From: Dehalococcoidia bacterium
GTDB lineage: Bacteria > Chloroflexota > Dehalococcoidia > Bin125
Assembly: GCA_963555985.3 (NCBI GenBank)
Contig: OY820591.1
Coordinates: forward strand, 1,792,001-1,856,000
Length of the DNA stretch: 64,000 nt
Direction of reading: 5' to 3'
Shown here: positions 18,624 through 27,919 of the stretch, one piece after another
How the letters are laid out: each line of letters begins with the position of its first letter
Position numbering within the stretch: the stretch's first letter is position 1
Made by a program: the position numbers and the translations under genes
Notes under the pieces: model-generated
Database searches by the model: none
The model's input: the letters and a program-made list of their open reading frames with translations, nothing else
Told to the model about the DNA's origin: nothing

Positions 18624-21119
18624 ATGACCCAGCCGGACGAACGTGACCGACGCATCGACGACCTCCAGCAACGCTTGGCTCGTCTATCCCAGGCCAGCCT
18701 GCGGATCAACGAGAGCCTCGACTTGGACGCAGTGCTGCGCAGTGTGCTCGACAGCGCCCAAGACCTAACCGACGCCCGCTACGCCTTGATCACCACGCTC
18801 GACCAGGATACGCAGGTGGAGGATTACCTCGTCTCCGGCCTGACACCCGATGAAGCCGACCAACTCTGGCAAATGCCGCAAGGCCAGCAGTTCTTCGACT
18901 ACCTCAGCCAGATTCCCGGACCGCTTCGGTTAGCCGACTTCGGAGAGCACACCGCCAGGATGGGCCTGCCGCAGTTCCGGCCGCCTGTGCCGGTGAGCGC
19001 CTTTCTCGCCGTCCCGATCCGCCACCAGGGCGTGAGCGTCGGTGCAATCCACATCGCTAAGAGCGGGTCAGGCGAGACCTTCAGCAGTGAAGACGAGAAC
19101 ACGCTCGTGATGTTCGCCTCTCAGGTCGCGCTAGTCGTCGTCAACGCGCGCTGTCATCGCGATGAGATCCGCGCTCGCAGCGACCTCGAAACGCTGATCG
19201 ATACGACGCCTGTCGGCGTAGTCGTCTTCAATCTGGCCAGCGGTGCGCCCGCCTCGTTCAACCGCGAGGTGCGGCGCATCGCCGATCTGCTCGGCATCAC
19301 CGATCAGGGGTCGGGGCAGGACTCCGACTGGACGGCCGAACAGTTGTTGGCCGCGCTGACCGTGCGTCGCGCCGATGGACGCGAAATCTCGCTGCGCGAG
19401 TTCCCGATCGCTCAGGCGCTGCGCACCGGGCCCGCGCTGCGCGCCGAAGAGGTCGTCCTGGAGGCCGCCAGCGGACGCAGCATCACTGCGCTGGTCAACG
19501 TCACGCCGATCCGCTCGCCGGCTGAGCCGGGCGAAGACGACGGCGAGGGGCCGATCGAGTCGGTGGTCGTCACGGTGCAGGATCTGACGCCGATTGAAGA
19601 GCTGGAGCGGACCCGGGCAGAGTTCCTGGGCATGGTCAGTCACGAGTTGCGCACGCCGCTGAGCGCCATCCGCGGCTCAGCGACCACGGTGCTCGACGGA
19701 GAAGACGACCTCGATCCCGGCGAAGCGCGCCAGTTCCTGCGCATCATCGTCGACCAGGCCGACAACATGCGCGCCATGATCGGCGACTTGTTGGACGTCG
19801 CACGGATCGAGACCGGCACCCTGCCAGTCAGCGCGGAAGCGGTCGAAGTGTCCACCTTGGTCGACCGCGCCCGCAGCGGCTTCCTCAACGCCGGCGGCCG
19901 GCAACTGCTGGAAATCGAGCTCGAGCCCGAGCTCCCGCTCGTGCGCGCCGACCGCCGGCGCATCGTCCAGGTGCTCGGCAACCTCCTGAGCAACGCAGCC
20001 GCGCACGCCCCCACTACCTCCACCATCACCGTGAGCGCCGAGGCGAAAGACCTGCATGTCGAATTCTCGGTCACCGACACCGGGCGCGGCATCCCGGCCG
20101 ATCAGCTACCCCGCCTCTTCCACAAAGTCGCCCGCCGCGTGACTGATGCGCCGGACACAGGCGACGGCCAGGCCGCACTCGGCCCAGGTTCCCGCAGCGG
20201 TCTCGGGCTGGCCATCTGCAAAGGCATCGTCGAGGCCCACGGCGGGAGGATCTGGGCCGAAAGCGACGGACCGGGGCTCGGCGCCCGTTTCGCCTTCACG
20301 CTTCCAGTGCTCGAAGACGCCGCTCCCAGCCGACCCCTCGGCCGCAGACGGCGCGCCCAGCAGGCCGACCTCGAGGGACAACGCATTCTCGTGATCGACG
20401 ACGATCCGCACACGCTCCGCCACGTGCGCCGCACCCTCTCCGGCGCCGGCTACGAAACCATCGTCACCGGCGACCCCGGCGACATTTTTACGCTGCTGGC
20501 CGAGAATCGGCCCGATCTGGTATTGCTCGATCTGATGCTGCCCGGCGTCGATACCATCGATCTGATGCGCGACATCTCCGGCGTCACCGACGCGCCGGTG
20601 ATCTTCATCTCCGCCTACGGACAGGACGAAGTGATCGCGCGCGCCTTTGAGTCGGGCGCGGCCGATTACATCGTCAAGCCGTTCTCGCCGACCGAGCTCG
20701 TGGCCCGCATCCGCGCATCGCTGCGGCGCAGCGAGGAGCCGCGTCTCTCCGCGTCGGCAGAGCCCTTCGTGCTAGGCGACCTGACCGTGAACTACAGCCT
20801 GCGTCAGGCCACTCTGGCCGGTCAGCCGCTCAACCTGACGGCGATCGAATTCCAACTGCTCTCAGAGCTCTCCTACAATGCCGGGCGGGTCGTCACCTAT
20901 GACCAGTTGATGCGCCGCGTCTGGGGTATGAAGAAGCCGAGCAACCGGCAGACGCTTCGCACCCATCTCAAACGCCTACGTCAAAAGTTGGGCGACGATG
21001 TAGCCAACGTTCGCTACATCTACACCCAGGCCCGGGTCGGCTACCGCATGGCCAAGAGCGACGCTCCCCAATCGCCTATCATCCCCGCGAACACACCTAC
21101 CGAAACGAGCTCCTCATGA
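18624..21119 (+). CDS. Hybrid sensor kinase-regulator: GAF-PAS-HisKA-HATPase-REC-OmpR wHTH
   Basis: SHELRTPL, NLLSNA, DTGRG, GLGLAIC, LLDLMLP, YIVKPF, LRQKLGD...RVGYRM. Confidence 0.93.
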   Translation: MTQPDERDRRIDDLQQRLARLSQASLRINESLDLDAVLRSVLDSAQDLTDARYALITTLDQDTQVEDYLVSGLTPDEADQLWQMPQGQQFFDYLSQIPGPLRLADFGEHTARMGLPQFRPPVPVSAFLAVPIRHQGVSVGAIHIAKSGSGETFSSEDENTLVMFASQVALVVVNARCHRDEIRARSDLETLIDTTPVGVVVFNLASGAPASFNREVRRIADLLGITDQGSGQDSDWTAEQLLAALTVRRADGREISLREFPIAQALRTGPALRAEEVVLEAASGRSITALVNVTPIRSPAEPGEDDGEGPIESVVVTVQDLTPIEELERTRAEFLGMVSHELRTPLSAIRGSATTVLDGEDDLDPGEARQFLRIIVDQADNMRAMIGDLLDVARIETGTLPVSAEAVEVSTLVDRARSGFLNAGGRQLLEIELEPELPLVRADRRRIVQVLGNLLSNAAAHAPTTSTITVSAEAKDLHVEFSVTDTGRGIPADQLPRLFHKVARRVTDAPDTGDGQAALGPGSRSGLGLAICKGIVEAHGGRIWAESDGPGLGARFAFTLPVLEDAAPSRPLGRRRRAQQADLEGQRILVIDDDPHTLRHVRRTLSGAGYETIVTGDPGDIFTLLAENRPDLVLLDLMLPGVDTIDLMRDISGVTDAPVIFISAYGQDEVIARAFESGAADYIVKPFSPTELVARIRASLRRSEEPRLSASAEPFVLGDLTVNYSLRQATLAGQPLNLTAIEFQLLSELSYNAGRVVTYDQLMRRVWGMKKPSNRQTLRTHLKRLRQKLGDDVANVRYIYTQARVGYRMAKSDAPQSPIIPANTPTETSSS

Positions 21120-21931
21120 CCTCCGCTCCGACTCGCGTCCACGTCGTCACCGGCGGCTTCCCGCCCGGCCAGCACGGCGGCCACGACATGGACTTCGCCC
21201 GGCTGAAGCTGCTCGACATGCTCTACTCGGACGGGAATATCCGCGCGACCACCGGCAACGACTTCACCGATATGTGGAAGTGGCTGCCCGTCACCGACGT
21301 GCTGATCACTTACACCGCCGGCCCCTACGCCGACGATCCGCAGAACGAGATTCTGCGCGACTGGATCGGCAACGGCGGCCACTGGGTCGGCTTGCACGGC
21401 ACCTCCGGCGGCAAGGCCGCGCGGATCGGCGAAGGCAAGCGCGCGATGGTGAAGATGAACCACCACGAGACGCTCGGCGGGTTCTTCATCAACCACCCGC
21501 CGATCAAGCGCTTCACGGTCGATGTGAAGAAGGTGGACTCGCCCATCCTCGAAGGCCTGCCGGAGCAGTTCGACGTGATCGACGAGCCGTACATGATCGA
21601 GATCACCGATCGCCCGAATACGGACATCCTGCTGACCGCGCCGATCGGCCCGGACACCTATCCCGACTTCGGCTTCGACTACGAAGAGGACACGGCGCTG
21701 GAGGCAGACGGCGTGACCCGCGTCTTCGGCTACACGCGCGGGATCGGCGAAGGCGGAGTCTGTTACATCGCGCTCGGGCACTGCCATTCGCCGCTGACCA
21801 ACTCGCAGCCGTTCGTGGAAGAGAACGCCCGCGACGCGAACGGCGAGATGCCGCGCACGTTGCGCTTCACCTGGGAGACCGAGGAGTATGGTCAGTTGCT
21901 GGCGAACAGTCTGAACTGGGCTCGGGGGTAA
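21116..21931 (+). CDS. ThuA-like (class I GATase-like) domain protein
   Basis: GGHWVGLHG, GGFFINHPP, DEPY, GEGGVCYIALGH; ATGA overlap with the kinase gene. Confidence 0.85.
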   Translation: MTSAPTRVHVVTGGFPPGQHGGHDMDFARLKLLDMLYSDGNIRATTGNDFTDMWKWLPVTDVLITYTAGPYADDPQNEILRDWIGNGGHWVGLHGTSGGKAARIGEGKRAMVKMNHHETLGGFFINHPPIKRFTVDVKKVDSPILEGLPEQFDVIDEPYMIEITDRPNTDILLTAPIGPDTYPDFGFDYEEDTALEADGVTRVFGYTRGIGEGGVCYIALGHCHSPLTNSQPFVEENARDANGEMPRTLRFTWETEEYGQLLANSLNWARG

Positions 21932-21956
21932 GCGTCCGCCGGGTCTGGGCGGACCC

Positions 21957-22003
21957 CTCCCTCTGTCCCTACGGGACATCTCCCCCCGGATCGCGGGGAG
22001 AGA
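21957..22003 (+). repeat. REP-like double hairpin, family B copy 2
   Basis: CTCCCTCTGTCCC-TAC-GGGACATCTCCCCCC...GGGGAGAGA between convergent genes. Confidence 0.75.
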
Positions 22004-22028
22004 GTTGGTTCTGGCAATGCAGGTGTCC

Positions 22029-23120
22029 CTAGCGGCCCGGGTCGCCGGGGAGGGGGTCGGGCAGGACATCAAGTTGGAGCGCGTCCAGCAGCTCCGGCAG
22101 TCCTTCGAGGCCGTCCGCTCCGGCTGCGCCGGAAACGTCCTCTAGAGAGGCTGCTTCCGGGCGTGCGAAGGATGGTCTGCTGGGGGCGGCGCGCTCTGGG
22201 AAGAGGGCGGCGAAGATCGCGTCGGCGTGGGTGATGAAGCCAAGTGAGCCGACTCCATCGACGTAGATAGGGCGGCAGTTGGGCAGGTCGGCGGCGATCC
22301 GCCGACCCATACGGATTGGATGGGATTCGTCCAGCTTGCCTTGCCAGAGCAGGACGGGGAAGTCAATCTCGCTGAGATCGAAGCCCCAGGGTTCCATGTG
22401 GCGGAGTGCTTCGATGCCGGCCGCGGCCGGTCCCTGGCGGAAGGCTTGCCGGAGGTCGGCGATGCGGTTGGCGGTGATTTGCTCCGAGCCGAGGAGGGCG
22501 CCGTCAACCGGGGGCATGCGCTTGATCTGTTCGGCGACAACGCGGTCGGGGTGTTTGACAGCCGCGCGCCCGTAGCCGCGCATCCAGAGTGAGGCGAGAC
22601 GGCGGGACTTGAGGAAGAGGGTGTAAATCAGACGCCACTCGTAAGACATGCCCTCGAGGATGTCGGCGTCGTCGATCCGGCCAAGACCGGAGACAAGCGC
22701 GACTCGATCGAGGCGTTCGGGCATGTGCAGGGCGCAGGCGAGTGTGTAGGGCAGTCCGGCGGAGATGCCGGTGACCGAGAAGGTGTCGAGCCGGAGATGG
22801 TCGGCGAGCTGTTCGAGGTCGCTTGGCCAATCGGTGATTCGTCGGTCCGGGAGTGGATCGGAGTAGCCGAAGCCTGGGCGTTCGGGCGCGATCAGACGGA
22901 CGCGGTTGCGCAGCGCGGCGTCGGCCAAGACAGCGGCGGCGAGCCGTGAGGAGGGAATGCCGTGGTGGAAGAAGAGCGGCGCGCCGGTGGGATCGCCGTA
23001 CTCGGCCCAGCTCAGCGCGCGGCCGTCGGAGAGCCGGACCACGTTATGTGGCGGCTCTGGCTCGTCGCTGGTTGCGTGGCTGGAGGCGTCGGCGGTTGCC
23101 ATATCAGCAGATCGTACCAC
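22029..23120 (-). CDS. Alpha/beta hydrolase (start uncertain)
   Basis: DGRALSWAEYGDP.G, HHGIPSS, ERPGFGYS, GISAG nucleophile elbow, PWGFDL. Confidence 0.88.
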   Translation of the reverse strand: MVRSADMATADASSHATSDEPEPPHNVVRLSDGRALSWAEYGDPTGAPLFFHHGIPSSRLAAAVLADAALRNRVRLIAPERPGFGYSDPLPDRRITDWPSDLEQLADHLRLDTFSVTGISAGLPYTLACALHMPERLDRVALVSGLGRIDDADILEGMSYEWRLIYTLFLKSRRLASLWMRGYGRAAVKHPDRVVAEQIKRMPPVDGALLGSEQITANRIADLRQAFRQGPAAAGIEALRHMEPWGFDLSEIDFPVLLWQGKLDESHPIRMGRRIAADLPNCRPIYVDGVGSLGFITHADAIFAALFPERAAPSRPSFARPEAASLEDVSGAAGADGLEGLPELLDALQLDVLPDPLPGDPGR

Positions 23121-23156
23121 TCACAAGGACAGGCGGTGACGACTGGGACGCTTCCT

Positions 23157-24911
23157 CTAAGTCGCCTTGGCGGGATCCGCGACCAGCAGCTCGGCCTCGA
23201 CATCGTCGGCGAGGTTCTCGAGCACCGGGGTCTCGCCCAGACAGCCGTCCTCGACTTGCATGTCGAAGGCGTCGGCGAAGTAACGGTAGGACTGGTACTG
23301 GTCGCCGTACTTCATGTGACCGGCGGTGTGATGGGCGGCCGAGAGCAGCAGCGTGTTGCGCAGCTCGGACGTGGTGCGGCGGTAGTCCTCCAACATGCAG
23401 AGGCCGATCTCCTGGTTGTGGGGGTCGTTGCCCTGCTTGGCGATGCCGTCGGCCAGGGTCTCCACCAGCGGCCCGTCGCCGTAGCCCTGCTTGAGGTAGT
23501 GCTCGACCCAGAAGACCGACTGCTCGCTGTCGAGCGCGAGCATGGCGTCGTTGAGTTCGCCCAGCAGCTTGCCCTGCGACATCGGCGGCGCGTCCTCGTC
23601 CATTGCGTAGCCGGCGAAGTAGGTCGCCGCGCCGCGGGTCTTGTTGCCCTTGGAGTTGGTCACCCAGTGGGCGCACTGGTTGATGAAGTTGGCCGCGATG
23701 AAGAGCAGCTTGGTCTTGTGCGGGTGGTCGAAGTGCTGGTAGAACCAACCGAGCATGTTGGTGTACTCGTAGCCGTGCTGGGGCATCGAGAAGTTGGCGG
23801 GCAGGCCGCATTCGAGCACCACGCGCGCGGCCGCGATCTGGATCGCGTCGAGGATCGACTTGGGCGAGCGCCCGGCCTTGAGCAGGGCCACGATGTCCTC
23901 GATGTAGGACTCCTCCGGCTCGCGGATGATCGCGCGGATTAGGCCCTCGGCCTCGGGCGGCGAGAGCGGGAGCTGGTTGCGGAAGAGTTCCTGGTCGCGC
24001 GTACTGGTCTGGGTCGCGTTGAGCGAGGAGGCGGGCGGCTCCTCTTCGAGGTGGTACATCATGATCTGGCAGGCGGACTCGTAGAGCGAGTACCAGCGCG
24101 GGCCGACGGCGATATCGGGCACGCCGGCGTAGAGCACGTGCTGGGCGTTGTCCCAGCCGATCGCGCGTCCGAGTTGGATCGTGGAGCGGGCGCGGAAGGA
24201 CTTGTGGCCGGTGGTGTAGGAGCGGTTCCAGAACATTCTGTCCTGCACGTCGATCAGGCCGGCGAACATCAACTGAGCCAGGATCTCTTCGCGCCGCTTG
24301 GGGAACTTGTGCCAGAGTCCGAGGAAGAGCGAGTACTCCTCGTTGACCTGGCCGTACTGGACCAGCGTGAGCCAGTCGTTGAGGCCCTCTTCCAGGGAGC
24401 CGTCCCAGTCGGCCGGCTCCTGGTCGTCCCAGTGCGCGGCGGGCGGGGCGGGGCCGTCGGGGTACTTGGCCGGGTCGTAGGTGCGGCGCGAGTAGTGGCC
24501 CGGCATCCGGCCCTTGAGCTGGTTCCAGATGTCGAGGCCGGTGGGCACGTACCAGGCGGTCTGGCTCAAGGGCAGGTGGCGCAGCTCCTCGGAGACCAGG
24601 TTCTGCAAGCCCAGCGTGGCGCGCGCGGAGAGCAGGCAGTGGTCGTTGTTGACGAAGCGGACGACGCCGGCGTCGATCCGCTGGTGGTAGGGCACGTGCG
24701 TGTAGGGCGCGTGGGCGCGGATCGTCTCGGAGAGGATCTCGGTGGCGGGGCGGCCGTCCTGGATCAGGTCGAAGGCCTGATGCAGGGCGGAGGCGTTGTC
24801 GCGCTCGACGACGGTCTCGCGGTAGCGGTCGTAGGCGGCGGCGGTTGTGCGATCCATGTAGGCGGGGGACTTGCCGCTGTCGCCGTTGCCGGATGTCTTG
24901 TGCAGACTCAT
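23157..24911 (-). CDS. Hypothetical helical protein with four His-initiated repeats (questin oxidase/DUF4243-like, tentative)
   Basis: Strong GC3 codon bias; GGAG RBS before ATG 24911; repeated H-helix-helix units (NDH, TGH, PQH, DPH). Confidence 0.8.
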   Translation of the reverse strand: MSLHKTSGNGDSGKSPAYMDRTTAAAYDRYRETVVERDNASALHQAFDLIQDGRPATEILSETIRAHAPYTHVPYHQRIDAGVVRFVNNDHCLLSARATLGLQNLVSEELRHLPLSQTAWYVPTGLDIWNQLKGRMPGHYSRRTYDPAKYPDGPAPPAAHWDDQEPADWDGSLEEGLNDWLTLVQYGQVNEEYSLFLGLWHKFPKRREEILAQLMFAGLIDVQDRMFWNRSYTTGHKSFRARSTIQLGRAIGWDNAQHVLYAGVPDIAVGPRWYSLYESACQIMMYHLEEEPPASSLNATQTSTRDQELFRNQLPLSPPEAEGLIRAIIREPEESYIEDIVALLKAGRSPKSILDAIQIAAARVVLECGLPANFSMPQHGYEYTNMLGWFYQHFDHPHKTKLLFIAANFINQCAHWVTNSKGNKTRGAATYFAGYAMDEDAPPMSQGKLLGELNDAMLALDSEQSVFWVEHYLKQGYGDGPLVETLADGIAKQGNDPHNQEIGLCMLEDYRRTTSELRNTLLLSAAHHTAGHMKYGDQYQSYRYFADAFDMQVEDGCLGETPVLENLADDVEAELLVADPAKAT

Positions 24912-25178
24912 GGAGCGCTCCAGGGACGGGATGCAAAATTGCTGACGCCGGTGGGCAGTATAGGGCGAGAGGTCTGGTGAGCCACCTCGGAGCGGCTTCA
25001 GGTAGAGGCTCGCCTCCCTCGCTCCCGTGCGGGGAAGCGAGGATAGGATTCTTGCAACAGTCTTCGCGGTGGTCGTGAGGGTGCGCACTATGGCGCTGTG
25101 ATCGCGTATATTGCGCATTGAGAATTTGTCTGTGCGCAGTGCATGTCCGTCCAGGGACGTGCGGGAAGGGTGTCACAT

Positions 25179-26588
25179 ATGTCCGACGCAGGCAGTGAGC
25201 AACGCGCGCTAGTCGCTCATCTGATGCGGCGCGCGGGGGCCGGCGCGACTCCGGATGAGTTGGATCGGCTCGCGGAGCGGCCCTATGCAGAGTTGGTGGA
25301 GGACCTGATCAATCCGCCGGAAGTGGTCGATCAGGACGACGACCTAGTTTTCCGCTACTTCCCAGCGCTCGCGAACAGCGATACGCCGTGGCCTTGGAGT
25401 GGACGCTGGATTTACTGGATGGCGAACTCGGAGTCGCCGCTGCGCGAGAAGATGGCGCTGTTCTGGCATCACGTGTTCGCGACCGCCTGGTTCAAGTCCG
25501 AGCACGGGCCCTCGGTGGCGCCGCACATTCAGATGTTCCGCGACTACGGCCTCGACAACATGCGGGTGCTGCTGGGACAGCTTTCGCGCGATCCGGCGAT
25601 GATCTACTGGCTGGATAATGTCGAGTCGGTCAAGGGCGCGCCGAACGAGAACTACGGACGCGAACTGCTGGAGCTGTTCTCGATGGGCGTCGGCAACTAC
25701 ACCGAGGACGATATCAAGGCAGCGGCCTACTCGTTCACGGGCTGGACGTTTGAACAGCCGATCCCGCTCTACCCGCACGGCGGCTACCCGGCCCACTTCG
25801 TCTACCGCGACGACCTGCACGACGACTCCGAGAAGACGTTCCTCGGCCACACCGGAGCCTGGAACGGCGATGACATCATCGACATCATCGTGCAGCAGCC
25901 GGCGACAGGACGGTTCATCGGGCGTCACCTCTACAACTTCTTCGTTGAGGATGAGCCGGGCGTCTCGGCCTGGAGCGTGACCGACCCGCGCAACCCGGCC
26001 GCGGTGAATGAGCTTGCTTCGGCCTTCGCCGAATCGAACGGCGACATTCGCGCGGTGATGCGGGTGCTGTTCAACGCCTCGTGGTTCAAGGAGAGCATCT
26101 ACAAGCGGGTCAAGTGCCCGGCCGAGTGGGTCGCGGCCGCGTACAAGCTCTCCGGCCTGCTCTCGATGCCGCAGCCCGAGATGTGGAACCTGCACATGAC
26201 GATGGGCGCGATGGGCCAGAGCCTGATGGATCCGCCCTCCGTCGAGGGCTGGCACACGGGCAAAGAGTGGATCGACGGCGGCACCCTGATGGAGCGGATC
26301 AACTTCGCTTCCAAGCTCGTCTCGGACCCGACGACGCCCGGCGTCCAGAAGCTGATCAATCACCTCGACTCCCAGGACGCGCATTCGCCCGAGGCGCTGA
26401 TCGATGCGGCGCTCGAATTCGCAGGACCGCTTGACGTCTCGGAAAACACTCGCAACGCCCTGCTCGAGGCCGCCGGCGCGGGCGGTGAACTGGATCTGAG
26501 CAGCGACGAGGGTCGTGAGGATGCCGGCGAACGCGCGGCGCAGGCGCTGCGCCTCGTGATCGCGTCGCCCGAGTATCAGTTCGCCTAA
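25179..26588 (+). CDS. DUF1800 family protein
   Basis: LREKMALFWHHVFAT, DPAMIYWLDN, NENYGRELLELFSMG, FTGW, PPSVEGW, SPEYQ. Confidence 0.93.
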   Translation: MSDAGSEQRALVAHLMRRAGAGATPDELDRLAERPYAELVEDLINPPEVVDQDDDLVFRYFPALANSDTPWPWSGRWIYWMANSESPLREKMALFWHHVFATAWFKSEHGPSVAPHIQMFRDYGLDNMRVLLGQLSRDPAMIYWLDNVESVKGAPNENYGRELLELFSMGVGNYTEDDIKAAAYSFTGWTFEQPIPLYPHGGYPAHFVYRDDLHDDSEKTFLGHTGAWNGDDIIDIIVQQPATGRFIGRHLYNFFVEDEPGVSAWSVTDPRNPAAVNELASAFAESNGDIRAVMRVLFNASWFKESIYKRVKCPAEWVAAAYKLSGLLSMPQPEMWNLHMTMGAMGQSLMDPPSVEGWHTGKEWIDGGTLMERINFASKLVSDPTTPGVQKLINHLDSQDAHSPEALIDAALEFAGPLDVSENTRNALLEAAGAGGELDLSSDEGREDAGERAAQALRLVIASPEYQFA

Positions 26589-26683
26589 GCGGCGTTCTGG
26601 ACGGACAGGAACAAGTAATCTGCCGCAGAGGAGAAGCTACGAACGCGCTTCATCAGTGGCAGCCAACGGACAGGAAACATCGC

Positions 26684-27838
26684 ATGAGCTCCAACGGTCA
26701 CAAAGACCCCGTCCTCGTCATCGTCCAGCTGACGGGCGGGAACGACTTCATGAACACGCTCGTCCCCTACAACGAGGGCCACTACTACGACGCGCGGCCG
26801 CTGGTGAACGTCCCACAGGACGAAGTGCTGCCGATCAATGACCAACTCGGCTTCAACCCGGCCGCCTCGCGGCTGAAGGACCTGTACGACAAGGGCGATG
26901 TCGCCGTCGTGCAGGGCATCGGCTACCCGAACTCGTCGCGCTCGCACTTCCGCGGGATGGACATCCTGCACACTTGCGAGCCTGACCGGATCTCGACCGA
27001 GGGCTGGGTGGCGAAGCTGATCGAACGGCTGGACCCGCACAAAGATAATCCGCTGACCGGCGTGAACATCGGGCGCGGGTTGCCGCGCGCGATGGTCAAG
27101 GCGGGCGTGACCGCAACCTCGGTTGGCGACCTTGACAACTACGGCCTGATGCCGGACATCGCCGCCGAAGAAGATCGCAACCGCGACCTCGAGATCTTCA
27201 AGCGGATGTACACGCCCGCAGTCGGAGCGGGGATGGTGATGGACTATCTGCGCCAGACCGGTACCGACTCGCTTGCCGGCGCGGACGTACTGGCCGATGT
27301 TCCGGGACAGTACAGCTCGTCGGTAGAGTACGGCTCGAACCCGATCTCCAAGGCGCTGCGCGATGTCGCGCGGATTCACACCGCCGGCGTCGGCACGCGC
27401 GTGTTCTACACGAACCATGCCGGCTACGACACGCACTCGCACCAGCCGCCTGTGCATCCCAAGCTGCTCCAGGAGCTTTCAGGCGCGTTGGACGACTTCA
27501 TGACCGACCTGCGCGAGCACGATGCCGCCGAAGAAGTCTCGGTCCTGGTCTTCACCGAGTTTGGGCGGCGGATGAAGGACAACAGCTCCGGCACCGACCA
27601 CGGCTCCGGCGGCGGCGCCTTCATCGTCGGCGACCTCGTTGAGGGCGGCCTCTACGCCGAGTACCCGTCGGTCGCGCCGAAAGACTGGCTCAACGGCGAA
27701 GACTTGCAGCACAAGATCGACTTCCGCGGCATCTACGGCACGATGCTCGAACAGTGGATGGGCGTGGAGCCGGAAGAGATCGTGGTTGGCAACTTCGAAC
27801 AGATCCAGCCGTTCAAGCGGACCATGTTCGCCAACTGA
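26684..27838 (+). CDS. DUF1501 family protein
   Basis: LVIVQLTGGND, SRSHF, GYDTH, TEFGRR, GTDHG, IDFR. Confidence 0.93.
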   Translation: MSSNGHKDPVLVIVQLTGGNDFMNTLVPYNEGHYYDARPLVNVPQDEVLPINDQLGFNPAASRLKDLYDKGDVAVVQGIGYPNSSRSHFRGMDILHTCEPDRISTEGWVAKLIERLDPHKDNPLTGVNIGRGLPRAMVKAGVTATSVGDLDNYGLMPDIAAEEDRNRDLEIFKRMYTPAVGAGMVMDYLRQTGTDSLAGADVLADVPGQYSSSVEYGSNPISKALRDVARIHTAGVGTRVFYTNHAGYDTHSHQPPVHPKLLQELSGALDDFMTDLREHDAAEEVSVLVFTEFGRRMKDNSSGTDHGSGGGAFIVGDLVEGGLYAEYPSVAPKDWLNGEDLQHKIDFRGIYGTMLEQWMGVEPEEIVVGNFEQIQPFKRTMFAN

Positions 27839-27919
27839 CGCCGGTTCGGGCCGGACAGAGGGTTGGAACCACTGGCAGCAGAGGGCGGCCGCCGAGCCGC
27901 CCCGCAGGAGACAGAGACC

